From Thraustochytrium aureum (Eukaryota), in assembly GCA_012862495.1 (NCBI GenBank), contig BLSG01000314.1, positions 220,609 to 284,608 of the forward strand: a DNA stretch of 64,000 nucleotides, written 5' to 3'. This document shows positions 24,431 to 33,221 of the stretch, piece by piece. The translations under genes and the position numbers were made by a program. Position 1 is the stretch's first letter. Each line of letters starts with the position of its first letter. Below the pieces are notes generated by a model. That model had not been told where the DNA came from, did not search any database, and saw nothing but the letters and a program-made list of their open reading frames with translations.

Positions 24431-25676
24431 TCAGGAAAGCGGCGCGTAGTTTTTGTCCAGCGGGACGCAAATATCGTTGATTCCCACGTGCGTCCACCGA
24501 ACCACTCCCAAAACCCGCTCTGGGAGCTCGTCGTGGTGTTTGGCCTCGATCACCCAAGCAGTATCAATGATCATCTTGGCGCTTGCCCTGACGATGGTCC
24601 CGTGCAGCATGGACGCAACCACGCTCGAGCCTACATCCTGGTCAAACTCGAGGTAGTTGTCGCCGCGGAAGAATTTCGTGGCCAATTTCTTGGCAATAAG
24701 GACGGGCTTCTCGCCCCCGCTGACGGTGATGGAGCGCTTCAGCGCCGGAGCGGCTTCGCGCACCTTGAAGCAGAACTTGAGGCGCTCGGCCTTGACTTTG
24801 GCGTCGCCCTGCGCAAACTCGGCAAACGAGCTGCAAAACCCTTCCGACCGACCGTCGTGCGCGGCAACCAGGCCACTGACGAGGTCGTCGTCGCGCCGAA
24901 ACAGGTGGACTACGCTCGTGTGCTCTCGCGTCCAAGAGCTCTTAAAGCACCAGCACACGACAAGGAACTGGGGGAAAGAGGGCCTCGAGGGCGTCGTCCG
25001 GATTCGAGCGCGACTCGAGGAACTCGCGCAGCGAGGCCACCTTGGAGGCCACGTGGTCGAGGCTTTTACTGGCTTTGAACACGTTGACGCCAGCAATGCG
25101 ATACAGAGACTTTTCTGAAGCTGTTTTCTTCGAGCGGTCCACAACGCGCTTGCCATCCATGTACCCGTGGGTTCGGAGCTCAAAGCTACTCGCGGGCGGC
25201 TCCGTGAACGTGTTCCGAAGCCGGCCGCCCTCACTGGCGCCGGGTCGTTCGGTCTCTTCGAAGGGCACAAACTCGGGCAAGTGGATGTTCCACTCGTCCT
25301 CTCCAACAGTCCTGGGCGCTGGCGTTGTGGGCGCCACCGGCCCGCCCGTTGCAGTCGTCTCGGCAGGTTGCGCGCTGGGTTGCCCCCCGGCGTCGAGTGT
25401 GAGCCAGTTCGTCGCGCGAGCCCCAAGCTCGCGCACTTCGTCCCTGAACTGTGCGAGTCGTTCCGAGAATGCACCAGCGATCGATGCAGTTTGCGTGGTA
25501 GCAGGACCGTCTTCGCGGTCCTCTGCATCGCCCAGAGCCTCATCAAGTTCAGGGTCATGCGCGCTCTGGTCATCCTCAGTCTGGTGTGTCTCGGCACCTG
25601 GCTCTGCCCCAGCGACGGAAGCAGGGGATTCGGTTGGCGTGGCAGAGCTTGGGGTAGGTCGCTCCCTGACTTTCAA
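24431..25676 (-). CDS. EDR2 C-terminal (DUF1336) domain protein; frameshift in the G-run at 24970-24974; start uncertain (possibly 25806)
   Basis: FTEPPASSFELRTHGY..., then FLVVCW, ERLKF, KPVLIAKKL..KFFRGDNYLEFDQDVGSSVVA, IEAKHHDELPERVLGVVR. Confidence 0.85.
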
Positions 25677-26778
25677 CCCTACCGCGCTTGTCGTGGCTGT
25701 GGCGTACTTTGTCTCTTGGGGCGCTTCGCCGTAGCCTGACGAGCGCTCTCCCGATCCTCGGCAGCGTCGAGCGATTCAGCCTCGCCTCCTTGGCCTCCAC
25801 CTCCATCGCGCGTCAACGTGCAGGTCAGGCGCGCCTTCCAGACCAGCCCGCCGGTGGCCCCGCCTCTTGCGTCTGCGCGGAAGCAACAGACGCAGGCGCG
25901 CTAAAAACCCTCGTTGGAGAAGGAAGAAATCAAATCGCCAGCAAAGCCACTGAGGCAACCGAGCGCGGCGCAGCGCAGCGCGGCGAAACCGAACCTGAGC
26001 GCCTGGAGCAGGTCGGTCGCTCGCGTGGCGCCTCCCGGTCCGCCGTCCGTCGTGCGCGCCAGGGGCCCAGCTCGCGCTTCGGTGCGATTGGTGTCTGCTC
26101 TCGCAACACTCGCCGCAATGCCTCTGCGCTTGGAACTCGAAGCAAAACCACGGCACGTCCCACTCGCCTCCGCAACTCGAATCCGCGCGCTACGCGACGA
26201 CGCGGGAGTCTTCGTCACGGTAGGTGCCTGAGTGACGTGCGTCTGTGCTGGGGAGAGGAGGGCTGGGCGGATTTTGGGCAACAGGGGTGTGCGGGGGATG
26301 TGCCGGGTGCAGGGAGGGACGGGATTTGTACAGGGATGTCGCGCGATGGAGGTTGGATGCAAGGAGGGAGAAGGGAGATGGGCGAGGAGGGAGGCAGTCG
26401 TCCGGTGCGGGTATCGGGGAACTGCGCCGATGGGTTTGGAGTCTATTTCGCATCTTTGCTCGCGCGCCAACCAGTTCTTGCTCCGTGTCGAGGTCGGCTT
26501 TGCTGTGGTGCCCCTACCAAGCTCATGCTGTCTGCTGTACGCCGCGTCGTAGTAGTGCGTACGAACGAGAAAGTAAGTACCCACTTTCTTCATGAACAGG
26601 TCGAGGAAAGCGCGTTTCGTGCGCGTGCGAAGGGAGAAACAAAGAGCGACTGTGGTCTTTCCATCCAGCCTTTTCCCACACCGCACTCGACAGCAAGCGG
26701 GACACACTGGTCAAGAGACGAGATTCGCCCGGCCGTGACGGAACGGGACCGGGAACGGAACAGCTCCGCGAGGTGCTC

Positions 26779-28169
26779 TTAGGTGTCGCCATCCTCCTCT
26801 TCTGCATCGCCTTCTTCGTCCTCGCCCTCGCCCTCCTCCTCCTCGTCATCCTCCGCCTCGTCGTCGCTGTGCGCGACGGAAAACCACTCGCCCGCTGCGA
26901 TGTCGCGGCACGCAACGAGCGCCATGACCCCTGGCTCAATCTCCGCAACCTCGCAGTTCGGGTCGTCGCTCCGCGGCAAGGCGACGTCTGGCATGTCGTC
27001 CTCGCGCACGACGACAGTGCCAACCTCGACAGGATTTGCCGCGTAAAAGCCGTCCACGTTGGTGAAGTCGCTCGACTCTGCCTTGTTCGCGGCGTCAGAC
27101 CCGAGAAACATGTCGCGAGCGTAGCTGATGCTTGCTGCATCCTCGGCACTAGCAGTGCAGGGGATTTCGGTTCGGTGCCACCACAGCCGGGTGTTTAGGA
27201 CGATGATGTCGCCGCGGTTGCACTCGACAAAGTACTCGATGTCGCGCAGCTTGCCGTCCGAGGCGCACAAGAGCTCCTTGGAGGGCCGGATAAACCAGTG
27301 CTTGCTGCCTCGCGCTTGGTAATGCCAAGTTCCGTTCTGCGGCACGTCGTCGGTGTGAAGCTTGCGGCCCCCGAGCGAGCTGGGTCCGGCGTTCCTGCCC
27401 ACAAAGATCCAGAATGAGTCGGCATAGGACACCAGCGGCGCGCCAGCACTTTCCACTTTCTCCTCAAAGTTGAGCGGGAGCTCGGCGACTGGCGCTGCCT
27501 CAAGAAGGCGCGCCACATCTGACGGTTCGGAGGCGATAAACGACCCATAGAAACGACTTGGGCTCGCGTCGCTGCCGCTCAAGAACTGCTCTGGTTCGAC
27601 CATCTCTGCTGGGCCGTTTCCTATTGTCTCGGCCACGTGGTTCTCCACGCACCAGGACTCGCGCAGGGTCGTCGACCCGCGCCTGAACAGCTCTGCGGCA
27701 TCCTTTGCCCCAAACGACTTGGCGGGCGTCGCCAGGCGCCCCACATTCCTCATCACCACCGCCTGTCGTGCTTCGGTATGCTCGCTCAAACTCCTCCCAC
27801 GGCACTCTTCCCTGCGCATCCCCTGCAGCTCCACCGGGCCGTCCTCGCGCGCCGCGTCGACGTCGCCTTCGCCCGAGNNNNNNNNNNNNNNNNNNNNNNN
27901 NNNNNNNNNNNNNNNNNNNNNNNNNNNNNNNNNNNNNNNNNNNNNNNNNNNNNNNNNNNNNNNNNNNNNNNNNNNNNNNNNNNNNNNNNNNNNNNNNNNN
28001 NNNNNNNNNNNNNNNNNNNNNNNNNNNNNNNNNNNNNNNNNNNNNNNNNNNNNNNNNNNNNNNNNNNNNNNNNNNNNGCAACTGCCGCTCTTGCCGCAGC
28101 AAACAAGCTGCTACTACTGCTGCTGCTGCTGCTGCTGCTGGCGGCGGCTACGGGCGAGCCGGCGTCCAT
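26779..28169 (-). CDS. JmjC/cupin 2OG-Fe(II) oxygenase-like domain fused to a small SET-like domain and an acidic tail; interrupted by gap 27878-28077
   Basis: WIFVG..., HTDD (HxD), TWHYQARGSKHW, GDIIVLNTRLWWHRT; then DGFYAANPVEVG, RSDDPNC, LVACRDIAAGEWFSV; the start at 28169 is inferred across the gap. Confidence 0.7.
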
Positions 28170-28274
28170 CGTGGCGCGTCCGGGCACGTCGAGGTCCTCC
28201 AAAGCGCGTCTGCCACCACCCACATCACCACTCGCAGCGCAACGCGACATTCTCCTCGTGTATCCTCCAGCGGA

Positions 28275-28685
28275 GCAGAGCTCACTCAGCAGAGCCCAAA
28301 CGCTTCGTGCGCGCAGCAGCAGAGCAGAGCAGAGCGCAGCGCAGCAGAGCAGAGCAGAGCAAGAGCAGAGCAAGGGCAAGGGCAGAGCAAGGCCCGAGAG
28401 CAGAGCAGAGCAAGAGCAAGGGCAGAGCTGAAACGGTTTGTGCGCGCAGGATACAACGTCGACGTAGCAGAGCGGAGCCCAAAGGCCCCAAACGGTTCGT
28501 GCGCGCGAAGAAGAGAGCAGAGCAGGAGAGCAAGAACGGCTTGTGCGTGCGCGTAAAGAGCAGAGCACGAGGGCAACGCAGCAGAGCAGGTCCTCAACGG
28601 TTCGCGCAAAGAAGAGAGCTGAGCGCAGCGCAGTTGAGCAAAGCGTGGCAGAGCACAGCGGAGCGGAGCAGAGCGCAAGAGCAGA
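28275..28685. repeat. Degenerate (CAGAG)n low-complexity region with recurring aacggttcgtgcgcgc-like units
   Basis: cagag/caagag runs; aacg(g/c)tt(c/t)gtgcgcg-like motifs near 28299, 28432, 28491, 28535 and 28596. Confidence 0.7.
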
Positions 28686-28696
28686 TCCTGGCGGTG

Positions 28697-30574
28697 ATGC
28701 TGCTGTCGCGGGTTGGACGGGCCGCGGCGAGGCGCGCGGGCGCGTTGGGGGCATCACGCCGCCTGCATGCCGCGCCTGTTGTTCGGGACGTGAACAGGAA
28801 GGAGGAGGTCGAGTATGTGGCCTACGAGGAGGCGGGCCATCGGCTCTTGGAAAGCCCGATCTACAACCAAGGCTCAGCGTTTACGATCAAGGAGCGAGAC
28901 GAGCTAGGGCTGCGCGGGCTGCTGCCGGCCCACGTCGAGACGCTTGGAGAGCAGATGCAGCGCGCGTACGAGGCCTACAAGCACAAGCCGACCGACCTGG
29001 AGCGCCACATTTACCTGCGCATGCTTCAGGAGACGAACGAGGTGCTCTTCTACGCGCTGATGCAAAAGCACATCGTCGAGTTCCTGCCGATCCTGTACAC
29101 GCCCACCGTGGGGCTTGCGTGCCGCAAGTTTTCGCAAATCTTTCGGCGCCCGCGGGGCCTCTTCCTGAGCTACCCGCACCGCGAGCACATGACCGCGATC
29201 TTTAAAGACCTCGTGGCGCGGGGCTGGACCGGGGCGCCAACGGACGTCGACACGCGGCTTGACGTCCGCGTCATCGTGGCGACAGACGGCGGGCGCATCC
29301 TCGGCCTTGGCGACCTGGGCGTGAACGGCATGGGCATCTCGATCGGGAAGACGAGCTTGTACACTGGAATCGGCGGCATCCCCGGCCAAGAGACTCTGCC
29401 AGTTATGCTGGACGTTGGCACCGACAATGCAGAAATCCTCAACGACCCCAACTATCTCGGATGGCGCCACGAGCGGCTCAAGGGCGACGAGTACTTTGCG
29501 TTCATCGACCAGTTTGTCACCAACGTAAAGCGTTTCTTCCCCGACGCCCTGCTGCAATGGGAGGACCTCAACATCGACTCTGCCCAGCCAGTCCTCTCCC
29601 GGTACCGTGGCGAGCTGTGCACCTTCAACGACGACATCCAGGGCACGGCTGCGGTGACGGTGGGCACGCTGCTTGGCGCCTGCAAGCGCACCGGGTGCGC
29701 GATTACCGACCAAAACGTCGTGATCGTCGGCTCGGGGTCGGCCGGCTGCGGGATCGCGGGGATGATAAAGAAGGCGATGGAGGACGCTGGACTGAGCCCA
29801 GAGGAGGCGGCGAGCCGGTTTTTCATGATCGACAAGATCGGCCTGCTCCACGACGGTATCGAGGGGCTGCGCGACTTTCAGCAGCCTTTTGCGCAGGCCA
29901 AGGCCAACTTGAAAGGGTGGGCTGGAGGAAACGGCGTCAGCTACACCTTGGAGGAGGTCATGGACAACGCAAAGCCGGGGATCCTTATCGGGGTCTCTGG
30001 CGTTCCCGGCCTCTTCACCGAGGCGGCTATCCGCAAGATGACGGCCAACTCGGCGCCGCGTCGCCCCATCATCTTTCCTCTGAGCAACCCGACCGAGAGG
30101 GCCGAGGCCACGCCGGCGCAGGTGATGGAGTGGAGTGGCAACTCTGCGATCATCGCGACCGGCACGGCCTTCCCGGCCACCGAGGTGGTGACTTGGCACA
30201 CCAAGTACAAGCGCACCGTTCACACGCACGTGCACACTCAATGCAATAACTCGTACATCTTCCCGGGCATCGGCCTGGGCTGCAAGGTGGTGCGGGCGAC
30301 CCGCGTCACGGACGCCATGCTCATGGCTTCTGCCAAGGCGCTGGCCTCCATCACGCCCGAAGGCGAGGACGACCCCTTGCTGCCGGCGCTGGACTGCGTC
30401 CATCATGCCACCTATGTCGTGGCCACGGCTGTGGCCAAGCAGGCGATTCAAGACGGCGTTGCGCGCAGCTCGAAAAATCTCAGCGAGAGCGAGTTGCGGG
30501 CGCTCGTGGAGGCCACCTTCTGGGTGCCGCGGTACAAGAATATTCGCATCGACTCGGCCATGTGGTCGTCGTAG
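28697..30574 (+). CDS. NAD(P)-dependent malic enzyme with a predicted mitochondrial presequence
   Basis: NQGSAFT..ER..LGL.GLLP, YTPTVG, TDGGRILGLGDLG, DVGTDN, LQWED, FNDDIQGT, GSGSAGCGIA, PLSNPT, QCNNSYIFPGIGLG; Arg-rich N-terminus MLLSRVGRAAARR...RRLH. Confidence 0.96.
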   Translation: MLLSRVGRAAARRAGALGASRRLHAAPVVRDVNRKEEVEYVAYEEAGHRLLESPIYNQGSAFTIKERDELGLRGLLPAHVETLGEQMQRAYEAYKHKPTDLERHIYLRMLQETNEVLFYALMQKHIVEFLPILYTPTVGLACRKFSQIFRRPRGLFLSYPHREHMTAIFKDLVARGWTGAPTDVDTRLDVRVIVATDGGRILGLGDLGVNGMGISIGKTSLYTGIGGIPGQETLPVMLDVGTDNAEILNDPNYLGWRHERLKGDEYFAFIDQFVTNVKRFFPDALLQWEDLNIDSAQPVLSRYRGELCTFNDDIQGTAAVTVGTLLGACKRTGCAITDQNVVIVGSGSAGCGIAGMIKKAMEDAGLSPEEAASRFFMIDKIGLLHDGIEGLRDFQQPFAQAKANLKGWAGGNGVSYTLEEVMDNAKPGILIGVSGVPGLFTEAAIRKMTANSAPRRPIIFPLSNPTERAEATPAQVMEWSGNSAIIATGTAFPATEVVTWHTKYKRTVHTHVHTQCNNSYIFPGIGLGCKVVRATRVTDAMLMASAKALASITPEGEDDPLLPALDCVHHATYVVATAVAKQAIQDGVARSSKNLSESELRALVEATFWVPRYKNIRIDSAMWSS

Positions 30575-30608
30575 TCGACTGCGAGCGCCGTTGGCGTATG
30601 TAGCGAGT

Positions 30609-30989
30609 AAAGAGAGGAAAACCCGCATCATCAACAGAGTCGTTTTCAATCAGCTGCGGCGATTGCCGCTCTGTGGACCCGTTGTCGAAAGGGAGGAAAC
30701 CCGCATCATCAACAGAGTCCTTTTCAATCAGCTGCGGCGATTGCCGCTCTGTGGACCCGTTGTCGAAAGAAAGGAAACCCGCGTCATCAACAGAGTCAGT
30801 TTCAATCAACTGCGGCGATTGCCGCTCTGTGGGAGGAACACCCGCATCATCAACAGAGTCGTTTTCAATCAGCTGCGGCGATTGCCGCTCTGTGGACCCG
30901 TTGTCGAAAGAGAGGAACACCCGCATCATCAACAGAGTCATTTTCAATCTGCTGCGGCGATTGCCGCTCTGTGGACCCGTTGTCGAAAG
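30609..30989. repeat. Tandem array of five ~78-bp units (third unit truncated), each with a GCGGC-GATT-GCCGC hairpin
   Basis: cccgc(a/g)tcatcaacagagtc starts at 30622, 30700, 30778, 30841 and 30920. Confidence 0.95.
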
Positions 30990-31135
30990 CTACTCTAGCC
31001 AGTGGAGCGAGGCGCAACCTGCGACGCCAAGAGCTCTGCGCGCGCCTCATATTCATTCAAAATGCGCCCTTTGGTGCCTTGACAGCGCCGCGGCCTCCAG
31101 CGTTCGCGGGGTCCCGGGCGTGCTCAAGACTTTGC

Positions 31136-32344
31136 TCACGAAAGAATCTGGAAAACCTTGCACTTGCGGACAGGCTCGCTCGAGGAGGCGCTCTCCTCAG
31201 CGGTCCTGTACCCGAGCGGGTTTTGCTGCTGCCACTTCCAGGAAGAAGCAATAGCATCCTCCACCAACGTCTTGGCCTCCCAGCCGAGCTCTTCCTTTGC
31301 CTTGGAGCTGTCGGCGTAGCACGTGGCGACGTCGCCAACACGGCGGGGAGCGACCTCGTAGGCGATTTTGTTGCCGGAGGCCTTCTCCATGTAGGCGATC
31401 ACCTCCAAGACGGAGCAACCGTTGCCAGTCCCGAGGTTGTACGGCACCGCGCCCATGCCCGTGCTCTTGAGGCACTTGTTGATGGCCGCTACGTGGCCCT
31501 TGGCGAGGTCGACGACGTGGATGTAGTCGCGCACGCCAGTGCCGTCCGGCGTATCGTAGTCGTTGCCAAACACGTTCACCTTCGGGTACTGGCCTACGGC
31601 GACCTTGGCGACGTACGGGACGAGGTTGTTGGGGATCCCGTTCGGGTCCTCGCCGATTGTGCCCGACTCGTGCGCGCCGACCGGGTTGAAGTAGCGCAGA
31701 AGTGCGACGCTCCACTTGCCGGGCGACGCGACAACGACGTCGCGCAGGAGCTCCTCGATGTACAGCTTGGTCTTGCCGTACGGGTTGGTCGACCACAGCT
31801 TGGCATCCTCCTTGATCGGGACCGTCTCGGGGTCGCCGTACACGGTGGCGCTGCTCGAGAAAGCGAGCGCGTGGCAGCCGTACTTGTCGAGCAAGTGGAC
31901 GAGGTTGATTGTCGTCGTGATGTTGTTGGCGTAGTAGTGCAGCGGGAGGCGCACCGACTCGCCCACGGCCTTGAGACCAGCAAAGTGGATGCAGGCGTCG
32001 AACGGCCCGGCCGCCTTGAAGACCGCCTCGGTCGCGGCGATATCCATCAAGTCAACTTCGTAGAACAGGATCAGCTCCTCGGGGCACTCGCAGATCTTGC
32101 GCACGCGGTCGACGGCGCGCGTCGACGAGTTGTCCAAGTTGTCGACGATGGTCACGCGAAAGCCGGCTTCGACCAGCTCAATCACGGTGTGGCTGCCGAT
32201 GTACCCGGCGCCGCCAGTCACGAGCACGTTCTTCTTCCCGGAGGCGCGGCCCTTGGCCGCGAGCTCCGCAGAGCTGTTGTTGCTCGCAGCATTCCCCATG
32301 ATTGACGCAACGCTTGCTCGAACCTTGTTGGCAAACCCAGACAT
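31136..32344 (-). CDS. galE: UDP-glucose 4-epimerase
   Basis: VLVTGGAGYIGSHT, HFAGLKAVGES, FSSSATVYG, NPYGKTK, LRYFNPVGAHESG, GEDPNGIPNNL, DGTGVRDYIHVVDLA. Confidence 0.97.
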   Translation of the reverse strand: MSGFANKVRASVASIMGNAASNNSSAELAAKGRASGKKNVLVTGGAGYIGSHTVIELVEAGFRVTIVDNLDNSSTRAVDRVRKICECPEELILFYEVDLMDIAATEAVFKAAGPFDACIHFAGLKAVGESVRLPLHYYANNITTTINLVHLLDKYGCHALAFSSSATVYGDPETVPIKEDAKLWSTNPYGKTKLYIEELLRDVVVASPGKWSVALLRYFNPVGAHESGTIGEDPNGIPNNLVPYVAKVAVGQYPKVNVFGNDYDTPDGTGVRDYIHVVDLAKGHVAAINKCLKSTGMGAVPYNLGTGNGCSVLEVIAYMEKASGNKIAYEVAPRRVGDVATCYADSSKAKEELGWEAKTLVEDAIASSWKWQQQNPLGYRTAEESASSSEPVRKCKVFQILS

Positions 32345-32895
32345 TTGCTCGTCTGCCTTGCGCACCAGCCAGCCGCGCGGCTGCTTTATTCGCTGGAGTG
32401 GTACAAGTAGGAAAGTACTACGCACTACCTCACAGAGCCGCGTGCGCGTGATGGCTGCTGCTGCCGCCGATGCTGAACCGTTGGGGGTCTGTCTGTCTGT
32501 CTGTCTGTCTGCCTGTCTGTCTGTCTGCCGGCGCATGCCAATGTGAGACCGCAACAGCGGCCTGGCGCGGTGAGGAGTGTGCAAGAGGAGGGCTCGGGAG
32601 GCAGGGCCGCCTCCACAACTCGACACCCTCTTTCGACAATTCCTCGCTTTGCAGGAGCAGCAGAGTGAGGAAGCTTGCTCGAGTGCACCTTCACACGCCC
32701 ACGAGAGCGCCCACCCAGCCAGCGCTGCATGCACCGGCGTGCACCGGTGCACATGGACGACGACCACCAGGCCACTGGCACGGCAATGTTGAAGATGGTG
32801 GATGGCCCGATTCGCTCCCAGACCTCGATGAACTTCGCTGAATTTGGTAGTCCACTGGGTGGGTTGCAAGTTGCAACAAAGAAATTCTTTTTAAA

Positions 32896-33140
32896 ACGCC
32901 GAATCCGTCAGAAAAAGGCGGTAGAATCGCCGAAATTTGGGGGGCGAGCTCGAGGCGAAAGGTCCGCTGTGAGCTCCGTGGCCTTGTTTCCATGCGCAAA
33001 TGAAAAAGGACCTCGTGACAGTCGCGAAAAACCCGACTCGATGTGGCTGAGAAGATAGGCTACGCGCGCGTGAAGGAGGCGGTGGTGAGACCCCAAAACC
33101 TGATGAGGAAGGCCAGGAAGGCTGTCTGGACTGGCGCGGG
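32896..33140. repeat. Left terminal inverted repeat (~245 bp)
   Basis: acgccgaatccgtcagaaaaaggcggtagaatcgccgaaatttggggg...ggaaggccaggaaggctgtctgg matches the reverse complement of the right end. Confidence 0.92.
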
Positions 33141-33221
33141 AAGGGGCCGTGCGGAGAGAGGCTGTTTCCCAAGCCCTGGCGTGCTGCGCGGGCTCCGGAC
33201 GGCGCGAGGACTGACTCGAGC

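Noticed and set aside
25901..26782. Overlapping 268-364 aa ORFs between the EDR2-like and JmjC genes
   Set aside because: Arg/Pro/Ala-rich translations with no motifs; they look like GC-rich intergenic DNA
27719..28696. Long N-terminal extension of the malic enzyme ORF
   Set aside because: It runs through an N-gap and CAGAG low-complexity DNA; ATG 28697 gives a credible presequence
28904..30649. 581-aa minus-strand ORF and similar long antisense ORFs (30971..32305, 19177..20397, 41364..42503)
   Set aside because: Shadow ORFs opposite well-supported genes, caused by GC3-biased codon usage
30609..30989. CRISPR array (repeats containing a palindrome)
   Set aside because: The units are contiguous near-identical copies with no unique spacers; there are no cas genes and the context is eukaryotic
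32891..32894. TTAA target-site duplication for the transposon
   Set aside because: TTAA is present at the left flank, but no matching TTAA follows the right TIR (GAAAAGG)
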